Positions 23,161 to 38,900 of a stretch of 64,000 nucleotides of DNA are shown here, in pieces (the first letter of the stretch is position 1; the number at the start of each line of letters is the position of its first letter). The stretch spans positions 1,984,001 to 2,048,000 of the forward strand of contig CP068257.2 in NCBI GenBank assembly GCA_009914755.4. Reading direction: 5' to 3'. The DNA is from the human T2T-CHM13v2.0 reference genome, Homo sapiens. Both the position numbers and the translations under genes were made by a program. The notes beneath the pieces were generated by a model that saw only the letters and a program-made list of their open reading frames with translations, ran no database searches and was not told where the DNA came from.

Positions 23161-26100
23161 TGGAGTGGAATGGAAAGGAATGGAGTGGATTGGATTCGAA
23201 TGGAATGGAATGCAGTGGAGTGGAATGCAATGGAATGGAATGGAACGGAATGTTATAGAATGGAAAGGAGTGGAGAGGAATGGAATGGAACGGAATGGAA
23301 TGGAGGGGAAGGGACTGGAGTGGAGTAGAGTATAGTTGAATGGAATGGAATGGAATGGAATGGAATACTGTAGAATGGTATGTAGTGGAGTGGAATGGAA
23401 TGGAATATAATGCAGTGGAATGGAGTGGAGTGAAGTGGAATGGAATGGAGTGAAGTGGAATGGAATGGAATGCAGTGGAATGGAGTGGAATACAGTGGAG
23501 TGGAATGGAATGGAGCGGACTGTAAAGAAATGGAGTGGAATGGAATGGCGTGGAATGGAATGGAGAGGTGTGGAATGGATTGGAGTGGATTGAAATGGAG
23601 TGGAGTTGAAAGGAATGGAATGGAAAGGAATGGAAGGGAAAGGTGTAGAATGGAGTGGAAAGGTTTGGAAAGCAATTGATTGGAGTTTAGTGGAATGGAA
23701 TGAAAGAGAGTGGAATGACATGGTATGGAGTGCAATGTAATGCAGTGGAATAGAGTGGCGTCAAATGGAATGGAAGGGAATGGAGTGGAATGGAATGGAA
23801 TGGAGTGGAATGGAATGGAGTGGAAAAGAATGGAAGGGAATAAAATAGAATGGAAGGGAATGGAAGAGAATGCAATGGAATGGAATGGAATGGAATGGAG
23901 TGAATTGGAATCGAATGGAATTGATTGGAATGTAATGGAATTGAGAGAAGTGGAATGAAGGCAATGGAATGCAATGGAATGAAATGAGAATAAGTGCAGT
24001 GGAATGAAATGGAACGGAATGGAATGTAGTGGATTGGAGTGGAGTGGAGTGGAATTGAATTGAATGGAGTGCAGAAGAATGGACTGGAATGGAATGGAAT
24101 GGAATGGAATGGAATGGAATGGATTAGAATGGAATGGTATGTAATGGAATGTTACAGAATTGAATGGAGTGGAGTAGAATGGAATGAAATGGAATGGAAA
24201 GGAATGATGACGAGGGGACTGGAGTGGAGAAGAATATAGTGGAACGGAATGGAATGGAAGGGAATGGAATGGAGAGCAATGGAATTGAAAACTATAGAAT
24301 GGTATGGATTTGAGTGGAATGGAATGTTATCTAATGCATTGGAATGGAGTGGAGTGGAGTGGAATGGAATGTAATCCATTGTAATGGAGTGGAATGGAAT
24401 GGAAATGAATGGAACGCAATGGAATGGAATGGGGTGGGGTGGAGTAGAGTGGACAGAAATGGAAAGGAGTGGAATGGAAAGGAGTGGAAGGAAGTGGAGT
24501 GGAACGGAATGGAGTGGACTGGAAACAAATGGAGTGGAATGGAATGGTGTGGAATGGAATGCAGTTGTGTGGAATGCAATGGAGTGGAGAGGAATGGACT
24601 GGAGTTGAATGGAATGGAATGGAGAGGAATAGAATGGAAAGCTTTGGAGTGCAGTGGAGTAGTGTGGAATGGAATAGAATGGAGTAGAGTGGAATGGAAT
24701 GAAATGCAGTGGAATGGCATTTAATGGAATGCAATGGAATGCAGTGGAATAGAATGGAGTCTAATGGAATGGAATGCAATGTACTGGATTGAAATGGAAT
24801 GAAATGAAATGGAATGGAGTGGGGTGGAGAGGAATGGAATGGAATGGAGTGGAATGGAATGGAGTGGAATGGAGTGCAGTGGAATAGAGAGGAATGAAAT
24901 TGAATGGAACAGAATTGAATGTATTGAAATGCATCGAATTGGAGTGGAATGGGGTGGAATGGAATTGAATGGAGTGGAATAGAATGGAATGAAATGGAAT
25001 GCAATGGATTCGAGTGGAGTGCTGTGGAATATAATGTAAGGGAGTACAATTGAATGGAATGGAATGGAATGGAATGGAGTGGGGTGGAATTGAATGGAAT
25101 GGAGTGGAATGGAATGGAATGCAATGGAATGGAAAGGAATGGAATGCAATGGAATGGAATGTAAAGCAATGGAATGCAATGGAAGGGAGAGGAGGGGAAT
25201 GTAGTGCAGTGGAGTGAAGTGTAACAGAATGGAATGAAATGGAATGGAATAGAATGGAATGGAGTGGAGTTGAAAGGATTGGAATGCAACGGTATGGAAC
25301 GCAATGGAATGGAACAGAGTGGAATGGAATAGAATGGAATGGAATTTAGTGGTATGTAGAGGAGTGGAGTGGAATGGAGATGAAAGTAATGGAATGGAAA
25401 GGAAGGGAAATGAATGGGATGGAAAGGAATGGAATGAGACTGGGTGAATTCGAGTGAAATGCAATGGATGGAAGTGGAATGGAATGGAATGCAATGCAAT
25501 GGAATGGGACAGAATGTAATGGAATGGAATGCAATGGAGTGGAATGGAATGGAATGGAATGGAATGGAATGGCATAGAATGGGGTGGAATGGATTGGAAT
25601 GAAATGGAATGGAATGGAATGGAATGGAATGGAATGGAATGGAATGGATTGGAGTGGAGTGGAGTGGAATCGAATAGAATGGAGAGGAGCAGAATTGAAT
25701 GGAATCGAATAGAGTGGAATGGAATGGAGAGGAATGGAAAGGAATGGAATGGAAAGAAATGGAGTGGAATGGAATTGAATGGATTGGAGTGGAATGGAAT
25801 GGAATGGGCGGGGATGGAATGCAGATGAGGGGATTGGAGTGGAGTAGAGAATAGTGGATTGGAATGCAAAGGAAAGGAATGGAATGCAATGGAACACTAT
25901 AGAATGGTATGGAGTTTACTGGAATGGAATGGAATGCAGATGAGTGGAATGTAATTGAAAGGAATGGAACGGAATGGAGTGGACTAGAGTGGAATGGAAT
26001 GGAGTAGATTGGAATGCAATGGAATGGATTGTAATAGAATGCAATGCAGTGGAATGGAAAGTTGCGGAGTGGAGTAGCGTGGAGTGGAATGGAACTGAAT

Positions 26101-29100
26101 GGAATTCTATTTAATGGAAATGGAAGTAAATGGAATAGAATGGAGTAGAGTAGAATGGAGTGGAATGGAGTCGAATGTAGAGCAGTGGAATGGAATGGAA
26201 AGCAGTTGAGTGGAATGGAACGGAGTTGAATGGAAAAGAGTGTAATGGAGTAGAGTGGAGATGAATGGAATTGAGAGGAATGAAGTGAGGTGGAATGGAG
26301 TAGAATATAGCGGAGTGGAATGGAATGGAATGGAATGGAATGGAATGGAGTGGAGTGGAGTGGATTCCAATGCAATGGATTGGAGTGGAGTGGAGAGGAT
26401 TGGAATAGAATAGAGTGAAACGGAGTGGAATGGAATGGAGTGGAGTGCAATGGAATGGAGCAGAATGGAATGGAGTGGAATGGAATGGAGTGTAGTGGAG
26501 TGTTATGGAATGGTGTGGAGTGTAGCGGAATGGAAAGGACTGGAATGTAGTGGAGTGTAATAGAATGGAAATGAGTGGAGGGGAATGTAATGGGATGGAG
26601 TTGTTTGGAATGGAGTGGAAGGGAATGGAGTGGAATAGAATGGAAGGGAATGGAAAAGAATGGAATGGAGTAAAATGGAACGGAATGGAAAGGAATGGAA
26701 TTTAAAGGAATGGAGTGGAGTGGAAATGAATGGAAAGGAATGGAACGGAATGTAATGGAACGGAATGTAATGGAATGGAATGGAATGGAATGGAATGGAG
26801 TGGATTGGAGTGGAGCGGAGTGGAGTGGTATGGAATTGAATAATGTGGAGTGGAATGGAATGGAATGGAATAGAATGGAATGGAGTGGAGTGGAATGGAA
26901 GGGAATGGGATGGAATGCTGAGGTGTTAATTGGAGTGGAGAAGAGCATAGTGGAATGTAATGGAATGTAATGAAATGGAATAGAATGGAATAGCTTACTA
27001 TAGAATGGTATGGAGTGGAGTGGAATGGAATGGAATGGAATGCAGTGGAATGGAGTGGAGTGGAGTGGAATGGAATGCACTGCAATGGAGTGGAATGGAT
27101 TGGAATGGAGTGGAATGGAGTGGAGTGGAATGGAAAGGAATGGAATCGAATGGAATGGAGTGGAGTGGAGTGGAATGGAATGGAATGGATTGGAGGGAGT
27201 GGAGAGGAGTGGAATAGAATAGAGTGAAATTGAGTGGAATGGAATGGAGTGGAGTGCAACAGAATGGAGCGGAATGGAATGGAGTGGAATGGAATGGAGT
27301 GGAGTCGAGTGTTATGGAATGGTGTGGAGTGTACTGGAGTGGAAAGGACTGGAATGTAGTGGAGTGTAATGGAACGGAAATGAGTGGAGGGGAATGTAAT
27401 GGAATGGAGTTGATTGGAATGGAATGGAATGGAATTGATTGGAATGGAATGGAAGTGAATGGAATGGAATGGAGTAAAATGGAAAAGAATGGAAACGAAT
27501 GGAATGGAATGGAATGGATTGGAGTGGAATTGAATGGAAAGTAATGGAAAGGCATGGAATGGAATGGAATGGAATGGAACGGAACGGAACGGAATGGAGT
27601 GGATTGGAGTGGAGTGGAGTGGTATGGAATTGAATAAAATGGAGTGGAATGGAATGGAATGGAAAAGAATGGAATGGAGTGGAGTGGAATGGGATGGAAT
27701 GGGGAGGTGTGGACTGGAGTGGAGGAGAGAATAGTGGAATGGAATGGAATGGAATGGAATGAAATGGAATGGAAGGGAATGGAATGGTATACTACAGAAT
27801 GGTATGGAGTGGAGTGGAATGGAATGGAATGGAATGCAGTGGAATGGAGTGGAATGGAATAGAATGGAGTGGATTGGAGTGGAATTCAATGGAGTAAAAT
27901 GGATTGGATTGTAATGGAGTGGATTAGAATGGAATGGAGAGAAGTGGAAAGAAAAGGAGTGGAATGGAATGGTGTGGATTGGAGTGGAATGGAGTGAAAT
28001 GGAATGGAACTGAACGGAATGAAAAGGAGAGGAATGGAATGGAAAGCTGTGTAGTGGAATGGAGTGGTGTGGAATGGAATTGAATGGAGTGGAGTGGATT
28101 GGAATGGAATGAAACGGTGTGGAATGGCAATGAATGGGGTGCAATGGAATGGAGGGGATTAGAATGGAGTCTAATGGAAGGGAAAGTAATGGAGAGGAGT
28201 GGAATGGAATGGAATGGAATGCAATGGAATCGAGTGAAGTGGAGTAGAGTGGAGTGGAATGCAATGGAGTGGAATGGGATGGAGTGGAATGGAGTGGATT
28301 AGAATGCAGTGAAATGAAAGGGAATGGAATGGAATGTAGTGAAGTGGAATGGAATGCAATGCAATGGATTCGATTGAAGTGGAGTGGAGTGGAGTGGAAT
28401 GCAATGGAGTGGAATGAGATGGAGTGGAGTGGAGTGGAATAGAATGGAATGGAATTGAATGGAAAGGAATTGACTGGAATGCAATGCAACGAAATGGAGT
28501 GGAATGAAGTTGAATGGAATGCAAAGGAATGGAATTGAATGGAGTGATATGGAATGGAATGAAATGGAATGCAATGGATTCGAGTGGAGTGCTGTGGAGT
28601 GTAATGGAATGGAATGCAATGGAATGGAATGGAATGGAAGGGATTGAAATGGAAAGGAATGCAATAGAATGGAATTTAATGGAATGGAATGCAGTGGGGT
28701 GGAATAGAAAGGAGTGGAGTGGAATGGAATGGAATGCAATGGAATTGAATGTAACGGAAAGTAATGGAAAGGAATGGAATGGAGAGGAGGGGATTATCGT
28801 GGAGTGGAGTGAATTGGAAAGGAATGGAATGGAATGGAATGGAATGGAATGGAATGGAATGGAATGAAATGAAATGTGGTGAAGTGGACTAGAATGGAAT
28901 GAAATGGACTAGAATGGAGTGGAGTGGATTGGAATGGAATAGAATGTAGTGGAGTGGAGTGGAATGGAATGGAATGGAGTGGATTGGAAAGGATTGGAAT
29001 GGATTGGAATAGAATGCATTGGAATGGAATGGAATGAAACAGAGTGGAATGGAATGGAGTGGAATGGAATGGAATGGAATGGAATGAAGAGGAGTGTAGT

Positions 29101-32100
29101 GGAATGGAATCGTTTGTATTGAAATGTGATGGAATGCAGATGGATGTAATGGAATAGAATGGGATGGAATAGAATGGGATGGAAAGGAATGGAATGGAAA
29201 TGGGTGGAGTCAAGAGGAAAGCAATGGAGTGAAGTGGAATGGAATTCAATGCAATGGAATGGAACGGAATGAAATGGATTGGAATGGAATAGAATGGAGT
29301 GGAATGCAATGGAATGGGATGGAATGGTATTGAATGGAATAGACTGGAGTGGAATGGAATGGAAAGGAATGGAACGGAATGGAATGGAATGGAGTGGGGT
29401 GGAATGGAATGGAATGTAACGGAGTGGAATGGAGTGTAGTGGAGTGGAATGGAATAGAATGGAGTGGATTAGAATGTAGTACAATGGAATGCAGAGGAAT
29501 GAAAGGAAGGTAATGGAATGGAATGGAAAGGAATGGAATGGAGGGGAGTGGAATGGAGTGGAAAGGAATTGAATGGAATGGAATGAAGTGGAATGGAATT
29601 TAACCGAATGGATTGGAGTGGAATGGAGTTGAGTGGAGTGAAATGGAATGGAATGGAGTGGAGTGGAGTGGAATGGAATGGATTGGAATGGAGTGGAATG
29701 GAAGGAAATGGGATGGAATGGGGAGGAGTGGAATGGATTGGAGTAGAGTATAGTGGAATGGAATGGAATGTAAACAAATGGAATAGAATGGAATGGAACA
29801 GAATACTTTCGAATGGTACGAAGTGGAGAGGAATGGAACGGAATGCAATGCAGGGGAATGGAGTGGAGTGGAGTGGAATGGAATGGAACGCAGTGGAATG
29901 TAGTGGAATGGAATGGAGTGGAATGGAGTGGAGTGGAGTGGATTGGAATGGAATGGAGTAGATTGGAGTGGATTGGAATGGAGTGGAGTGGAATGGAATA
30001 TAGGGGAGTGGAAAAAAATGGATTGAAATGGAATGGTGGGGAATGGAATGGAGTCGTGTGGAGTGGAATGGAGTGGAGTGGAATTGAGTGGAGTTGAATG
30101 TAATGGAAAGGTGAGGAATGGTATGGAAAGGTGTGGAGTTGAGTGCAGTGGTGTGGAATGATTTGAATGGAGTGGAGTGAAATGGAATGAAACGGAGAAG
30201 AATGGCACGGAATGTGGTGCAATGGAATGGAGTGGATAAGAATGGAGTCTAATGGAAGGGAGTGGAATGGAGTGGAGTGAAATGGAATGAAATGGAATAC
30301 AATGGAATGGAGTGGAGTGGAGTGGAATGCAATGGCGTGGAATGCAATGGAGTGGAGTGGAGTGTAGTGGAACAGAGTTGAATGGAATTGAATGGAACGG
30401 AATTGACTGGAATGGAATGCAACGAAATGGAGTGGAAAGGAGTTGAATGGAATCTAAAGGAATGGAATTGAATGGAGTGGAATTGAAATGAATGAAATGA
30501 AATGCAATGGATGCGAGTGGAGTGCTGTGGAATGTAATGGATTAGAATTCAAAGGAATGGAATGTAATGGAATGAATTGGAATGCAATGGAATGGAATGG
30601 AATGGAATTTAATGGAATGGAATGGACGGGGTGGAATGGAATGGAGTGGAGTGGATTGGAATGGAATGCAATGGAATGTAAAGCAATAGAGTGGAATGGA
30701 TTGCAATGGAAAGGAGAAGAGGGGGTTGTATTGGAATGGAGTGAAGTGGAATGGAATGGAACGGAACAGAATGGAATGCAAAGCAATGGCATGCATTGGA
30801 ATGGCATGGAATGAAATGGACTGGAATTCAGTGGAGTGGAGTGGAATGGAATGAAATGGAGTGGGATACAATGGAATGGAATGGAATGGAATGGAATGGA
30901 ATGGAATGGAATAGGGTGGAATGCATTGGGATGGATTGGAATGGAGTAGAGTGGAGTGAAGTGGGATGGAACGGAGTGGAGTGGAAAGGATTGGAACGGA
31001 ATGTAATGTAATGGAATGGAATGAAACAGAGTGGAATGGAATGGAATTGAATGGAGAGGAATGTAGAGGAGTGAAGTGGAATGGAATGGAATGTATTGAA
31101 ATGTAATGGAATGGAGATGAATGTGATGTAGTGCAATGTAATGGAATAGAATGGGATGGAATAGAGTAGCATGGAGTGGAATGAAACGGAATGGAAGCGT
31201 ATGGAATGGAATTTAATTGAATGGAATGCAATGGAACGGAATGGAATGCTGTGGAATGGAATGGAATGTGCTGGAAATGAATGGAGTGGAATGTTATATG
31301 GTGGAGTGGAGTGGAATGGAATGGACTGGATTGGAGTGGAATGGAATGGAATGGAATGTAAAGGAGGGGAAACAACTGGAATGGTATGGAATGGAATGTA
31401 ATGGAATGGAGTGAAGTGGAAGGGAATGGAATGGAAGCGAACAGAGTGGAATGTAATGGAATGGAGTGGAGAGGAACGGAGTGGAGTGGAATGGAATGGA
31501 GTATAATGTGGTGGAGTGGAGTGGATGGGAATGGAATGCAATGGAGTGGAATGGAACGGAACGGAGAGGAGGGGAATGGAATGGAAGAGAATGGCATGCA
31601 GTGGAGTGGAACGGAATGGAATGGAAAGAAATGGAATGGAATGGAATAAAGTGGAATGGAATCGAGTGGGGCGGAGTGGAATGGAATGGACAGGAATGGT
31701 ATGGAATGGAATGTAGTGGAAGGGAATGGCATGAAATGGAGTGGAGGGGAATGGAGTGGAATGGAATGGAGTGGAATGGAGTGGAGTGCAAGGGAGTGTA
31801 ATGAAGTGGAGAGGAATGGAAGGGAATGGAATGGATTGTAGCGGAATGGAATGGAATGGAATTGAGTGGATAGGACTGGAATGGAGTCCAATGGAGTGGA
31901 GTGGAATGGAAAGGAGTGGAATGAAATGGAGTGGAAGGGAGTTGAGCGGAATGGAATGTAAAGGATTGGAAAGGAATTGAGTGTAGTTTAATGGAATTGA
32001 ACCGAATGGGGTGGAGTGGAGTTGAGTGGGGTCAAATGGAGGGGAATGGAATGGAATGTAATGGAATGGAAGGGAATTGAATGGAAATGATTGGAGTGTA

Positions 32101-32640
32101 GTGGAGTGGAATGGAGGGTAGTGGAGTGGAGAGCTATGGAATGGAATTGAATGGAGTGGAATGGAATTGAGTGGAATTGAATGAAATGGAATGGAGTGAA
32201 ATGGAATGAAACGGAGTGGAGTGGAAGGGAATGGAATGGAATGGAATGGAATGGAGTGGAATGGAATGGAATGGAATGGAGTGGAGTGGAGTAGAATGGA
32301 GTGGAATGTAATGGAGTGAAGGGGAGTGGAATGGAATTGTTTGGAGAGAATTGGAATGGAATGGATTGTAATCGAGTAGTGTGGAATGGAATGGAATGCA
32401 GTGTAGAGGAATGGAACATAATGGAGTGGAATGGAATGAATTGGAGTGGAATGGAACTGAGAGGAGTGGAATGGAATGGAAACGAATGGAATGGAATGGA
32501 ATGGAATGAAATTGAGTGGAACGCAATGGAGTGGGGATGAGTGGAATGGAATGGACTGAAGTGGAATGGAATGGTATGGAATGGAATAGAATAGAATGGA
32601 ATGGGACGGAATTTAACGCATTGGAATGGAGTGGAATGGA

Positions 32641-32910
32641 GTGGAGTGAAATGGATTGTAATGGAATGGAATGGGATACAATGGAATGGACTGTAATGGA
32701 ATGCAGTGGAATGGAGTGGAATGGAGTGGAATGGAGTGCAGTGGAGTGGAGTGGAGGGGAGTGGAATGTAATGGAGTGGAGTGGAATGGAATGGGATACA
32801 ATGGAATGGACTGTAATGGAATGCAGTGGAATGGAGTGGAATGGAGTGGAATGGAGTGCAGTGGAGTGGAGTGGAGGGGAGTGGAATGTAATGGAGTGGA
32901 GTGGAATGGA
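32641..32910 (+). repeat. Local tandem duplication of a 120-bp block, about 2.2 copies.
   Basis: atgggatacaatggaatggactgtaatggaatgcagtggaatggagtggaatggagtggaatggagtgcagtggagtggagtggaggggagtggaatgtaatggagtggagtggaatgga occurs at 32671 and 32791. This is also visible as repeated peptide stretches in the overlapping minus-strand ORFs. Confidence 0.85.
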
Positions 32911-35900
32911 ATAAAATGGAATGGATTGGAAAGGAACAGAGTGGTGTGGAGTGGGGTCGAATGGAATGAAACTGAAAAGAATGGAATGGAATGGAATGGA
33001 ATGGAATAGGTTGGAGTGGAGTGGAGTGGAATGGAATCAATGGAGAGGAATGTACTGGAGTGAAACGGAAAGGAATGGAGTGGAGTGTAATGGTATGAGG
33101 TGGAATGGAATGGAGTGGAATGGATTTCATTGGAGAGGAATGGAATGGAGTAGAATGGAATGGACTGGAGTTGAGTGGAGTGTGTTCGAGTAGATGGTAT
33201 TTGAATGGAATGGAATATAATGGGGTGGACTGGAGTGCAACGGAGTGGAGTGGAGTGGAGTTGAGTGGAATGTGTTCGAGTGGATGGTATTGGAATGGAA
33301 TGGAATGGAAAGGGGTGGAATGGAGTGTAGTGTAGTGCAGTGGAGTGGGTTCGATTGGATGATAATTGAATGGAATGTAGTGGCGTGGAATGGAGTGGAG
33401 TGGAGAGGAATGGATTTGAAAGGATTGCAGTGGAAAGGAATGCATCGGGGTGTAGTGGAATGTAAAGGAATGCAGTGGAATGGAATTGAATGTTATGGAA
33501 TTGAATGGAGTGTAGAGAAATTGAATGGAATGGAATGGAATGGAAGGGAATGGAATGGAAGGGAATAGAATGGAGTGGAATGGTGTGGAAGGGAATGGAA
33601 TTTAAAGGATTTGAGTGGATTGTAGTGGAGTGGAGTGGAATGGAATTGTGTGGAATGGAATGGATTGCAATGGAATGGAGTGGAAGGGAATGGAGTGGTG
33701 TGGAGTAGAATGGATTGGAATTAAATGCAATGGAATGGAATGGAGTGGAATGGAACAGAATGGAATGGAGTGGAATGGAATGGAATGGAGTGGAATGGAG
33801 TGGAGTGGATTGGAATGGAATGGAGTGGAATGGAGGGGAGTGCAATGGAATGGAACGGTGTGGAGTGGAGTGTAATGGAACGGAGTGGAATAGAATGTAA
33901 TGGAATGCAATGGCTTGGAATGGAGTGGAATGGAACGGAATGACAAGGAATGGAATGGAATGGAAAAGAACGGAAAGGAAGGGAGTGGAATGGAATGGAA
34001 TGGAATGGAAGGGAATGCAGTGGAATGGAAATTAAAGGAATGGAATGGAATGGAATGGAATGGAATGGAATGGAGTGGAATGGAGTGGAGTTCAGTGGAG
34101 TAGAATGGAATGGTGTAGAGTGGAGTGGAATGCAATGGAATGGAATGGAAAGGAGTGGAGAGGAATGGAGTGGTGTGGAATGGAATGGAATGATATGGAA
34201 TGGAATCGAATGGTGTGTAAAGAAATTGTAGGGAAAAGAGAGAAGAGATGTGGAGTGGAATGGAATGGAGTGAATGTAGTGGAGTGGAGTGGTTTGTAAT
34301 GGAGTGTAATGGAAAGGAAAGGATAGGAGTGGAGTGGAAAGGAGTGGAATGGAATGGAAAGGAATGGAATAAAAGGGCATGGAATGGAATGGAGTCCGGT
34401 TGAGTGGAATGGAATAGAGTGGAGTGGAATGGAAAGGAATGGAATGAAATGGAATGGAATTGAGTGGAGTGGAGTGGAGTGTAATGGAGTGCCATCGAGT
34501 GGAATGGAATTGAATGGAATATAATGGAATAGACTCGAATGGAATGGAATGCAGCGGAATGGAGTCTAGTGGAGTAGAATGGAATGGAGCGGAATGGAGC
34601 GGAATGGAATGGATTGGAGTGAAAAGAATGGAATTGAATGGATTGGAATAGAATAGAGTGGAATATACTGCAGTGGAAAGGAATGGATTGGAGTGAAAAG
34701 AATGGACTGGAACGGATTGGAGTGGAATAGAGTGGAATGTAGTGCAGTAGAATGGAATTGATTGGTATGGAATGGAGTTGAATGGAATTGCGTGTAGTGG
34801 AAAGGAAGGGAATGGAATGGAATGGAATGGAGTGGAGTGGAGTACAGTGGAGTGGAGTGGGGTCGAATGGATTGTAGTCGAATGGAATGGAATGGAATGG
34901 AGTGGAAGGGAGTGGAGTGGAATGGAATGAAAGGCATTGGAAAGGAATATAATGGAATATAATGGAATGGAATGGAAAGAAATGGAATGGATGGGAATGG
35001 ACTGGAATAGAGTGGAGTGGAATATACTGGAATGGAATGGAAGGAATGGAATGGTATGGAAAGGAGGGGAGTAGAGTGGAATGGAATGGAGTGGAATGGA
35101 TTGGAGTGGAATGGAATGGAATGGAAAGAATGGAATGGAGGGCAGTGGAATGGATTGGATTGGAGTGGAATGGAGTGGAATGGAGTGGAGTGTAGTGAAA
35201 AGGAATGGAATGGAGTGGACTGGAATAGAGTGGTATGGAATGGAACGGAGTGCAGTGGAATGGAATGGAATGGAATGGAATGAAATGAAATGGAATGGAG
35301 TGAAGTGGAATGGAATGGAGTTGAGGAGAATGGAATGGAATGGAAAAGAAGGAAATGGAGAGGCGGGGAGTGGAGTGGAATGCAATGAATTTCAATGGAG
35401 TTGAGTGGATTGGAATGGAACAGAATGCAGTGGAATGGAATGGAATGAAATGGAAAGTAGTGGAATGGAATCTAACGGAAAGGAGTGGAATGGAATGGAA
35501 TGGAATACAATGGAATGGAGTGGAATGGAGAGGAGTGGAGTGGAGTGAAGTGGAATGGAATGGAATCGAATAGATTGGAATGCAGTGTAGTGGGTTGGGG
35601 TGGAATGCAATGGAGTGGAGGGATGCGGATTGGAAAGGAATGGAATGGAAAGGAATAGAAGAGAATGAAATGGATTGGAGTGGAGTGTAGTGGAATGGAA
35701 TGAAATGGAATGGAGTGGAATGGAATGTAGTGGGGTGGAGTGTAATGGAATGGAGTAGAGTGAAGTGGAAGGGAATGGAATGGAGTGGAATGCAATGGAA
35801 TGGAGTTGGGTGGAGTTGAACGGAGAGGAAAGTAGAGAAATGGAATTGAGTGGAATGAAAGTGATAAGAGTGGAATGGAGTGGAATGGAATGGAATGGAA

Positions 35901-38900
35901 TGAAAGGGATAAGAATGGAATGAAGAGAAATGGAATGAAATGGAATGGAGTGGAATGGAGGAGATTGGACTGGAGTGGAGTGGAGTGGAGTGGATTGGGG
36001 TAGAGTGGGGAGGAATGGAGTGGAAAAGAATGGAGTAGAGTTGAGTGGAATGGAATGGATTGGAGTGGATTTGAGTGGAATGGAATGGACTGGAATGGAA
36101 TGGAATGGAATGGAATGATGTGGAATGGAATGGAGTGGAGAGGAGTGGAGTGGAATGAAGAGGAGAGGACTGGAATGGAATGGAATGGCATGAAACGGAA
36201 TGGAACGGAATGGAATGGAGAGGAGGGGATTGGAGTGAATTGGAATGGAGTGGAAGGTAGTGGAGTGCAGTGGATTGGAATAGAATATAGTCGAATGGAA
36301 AGGAAAGGAATGGAACGGAATGTAATGGAGTGGAGTGGTGTTGAATGGAATTGAGTGGAGTGGAAGTCATGGAATGGAATGGAGTGGACTGGAGAGGAGT
36401 TGGGTCGAGTGAAATGGAATGGAATGGAGTGGAGTGGAATGGAATGAAATTCAATGGAATGGAATGAAATGGAATGGATAGGAAAGGAGTGGAATGATCA
36501 GAATGGAATGGATTTGAATGGAATGGAATGGAATGTAGAGGAATGGAGTGGAATTGGGTGGAGTGCAATGGAATGGAGTGGAGTAATGTGGCATGGCACG
36601 GAATGGAATGGAAAGGAATAGAACGGAATGAAATGGATTGGAGTGGAGTGGAGTGAAATGGAGTGGAGAGGAGTGAAATGGAAAGGAATGGAATGGAATA
36701 GAATAGAATGGAATGGAGTAAATTTGAATGGAATGGGATGGAGTGGAGTGGAATGGAATGGAATGGAGTGGAGAGGAGTGGAATGGAATTTAGTGGAGTG
36801 GAAGATCATGGAATAGAATGGAGTGGAGTGGAGTGGGGTCGAGTAAAATGGAATGGAATGGAGTGGAGTGCAGTGGAATGGAATACAATGGAATGGATTG
36901 GAAAGGAATGGAATGGAATGGAGTGGAGTGGAATGAAAATCCATGGAGTAGAGTGGAATGGAATGGAGTGGAATGGAATGGAGTGTAACGAAATGGAATG
37001 GAATGGAATAGAGTGGAATGGAATGGAATTCAACTGAACGGAATGGAATGCATTGGAATGGAATGGAATTCAATTGAATGGAATGGAATGCAATGGAATG
37101 GAATGGAAAGGAATTGAATTCCGTGGAATGGAATGGAATTGACTGAAATGTAATGGAATGAAGTGGAATGGAGGGGAATGGAATGGCATGAATGGGAGTG
37201 GAATGGAACGTTATGTAATGGAATGGAATGGCATAGAGTGGAGTGGAGTGGAATGGAATGGAGTGGAGTGGAATGGAATGGAGTGGTGTGGAATGAAATG
37301 GAATGGAGTGGAATGGAGTGGAGCGTAATGGAATGTAATGGAAAGGAATGGAAACGAATAGAATGAAATGGAATGGAATGGAATGGAATGGAATGGAGTG
37401 GAAGGTAAAGGAGGGGAGTGGAGTGTAAAGGAGTGGAATGGACTGGAATCGAATGAAATGGAAAGAATAGGAGTGGAATGGAATGGAGTGGAATGCAATT
37501 GATTTAAGTTGAGTGGAATGGAGTGGAGTGGAATGCAAGGGAATGGAGTGTGTTGGAAAGGAATGGAATGAAATGGAGTGGAGTGCAATGAATTGGTATG
37601 GAATGGAATGGAGTGTAGGGGAATTGAATGGAATGGAGTGGAATGGAAAGGAATGGAATGGGGAGGACGGGAGTGGGGTGGAATGGAATGGAATGAAGTG
37701 AAGTGGAAAGGAATGGAACTGAATGGAGAGGAGTGGAATGGAACGGAGTGGAATGGATTTGAGTGGAATGGAATGTAGTGGATTGGAATGGAATGGAGTG
37801 GAATGGAGTGCAGTGGAATGGAAGGGAACAGAGTGGAGTGGAAAGGAATTGAAAGGAACGGAATGAAGTGGAATGGAACGGAGTGGAAAAGAATGGAACC
37901 GAACAATGTGGAATTGAAAGGAGTGGAGTGGAATGGAATGGAATGGAAAGAAGGGGAGTAGAGAGCAAATGAATGGAGTGGAATGGAGTGGAGTCGAATG
38001 GAATGGAAAGGAATGGAGTAGAAAGGAATTGAATGGAATGGAACGAATGGAATGGAATAGAAAGTAAAGGAATCGAATGGAGAGGAGTGGATTGGAGAGG
38101 AATGGAATGGAGTGGAATGCAGTGGAGTGGAAAGGATTGGAATGAAGTGTAGTGGAATGGAATGGAAGGGAGCAGAATGGAATGGAGTGTAGTGGAATCA
38201 AATGGAATGAAGAACAATGGAATGGAATGGAATGGAATGGAATGGAGTGGAATGGAGTGGAGTGGAATGGAATCAGATGGAGTAGAGTGAAATGGAATGG
38301 AATTCCATGGAATCGAATGGAATGGAATAGACTGGTGAAGAATGGATTGGAATGGAAACGAATGAAATGCAACAGAATGGACAGGAGTGGAATGGAAAGG
38401 AATGGAGTGGAATGGAATGGAGTGGAATGGAATGGACTGGAGTGGAAAGGAATGGAGTGGAATGGAATGGAGTGGAATTGAATGGAGTGGAGTGGAATGG
38501 AATGGAGTAGAATCTAGAGCAGTGGAATGGAATTGAACGGTGTAGAATAGAATGGAATGGAATTTTGTGGAATGGAACGGAGTGAAATGGAATGGAGTGG
38601 AGTGTATTGGAGTGGAGTGCAATGCAATGGAATGAAGTGGAATGGAATGGAGTGGAATAAAATGGAATGGAGTGTAGTGGAATTCAAAGGAGTGTAATGG
38701 AATGGAGTAGAATGGAATGGAATGGAATTAAGTGTAGTTGAATGGAATGGAATGGAGTGTAATGGAATGGAGTGGAATGGAAAGGAAAGAAGGGTAGTGC
38801 AATAGAACAGACTGGAATGGAGTGGAGTGCAAAGAAATGGAACGGAGTGGAGCGGAATGGAATGGAAAGGAATGGATTGGAAAGAAATGGAATGGGGTGA

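Noticed and set aside
33602-36568. Very long ORFs on both strands, up to 988 aa on the minus strand. They translate as HSIPFHSTPLHS... on - and MEWNGMEWSG... on +.
   Set aside because: (ATTCC)n and (GGAAT)n contain no stop codons in most frames, so long ORFs are inevitable. The predicted proteins are pure low-complexity pentamer translations. They overlap massively in all frames on both strands, have no start/RBS/Kozak or domain-like content, and run straight across the tandem duplications. None is a credible gene.
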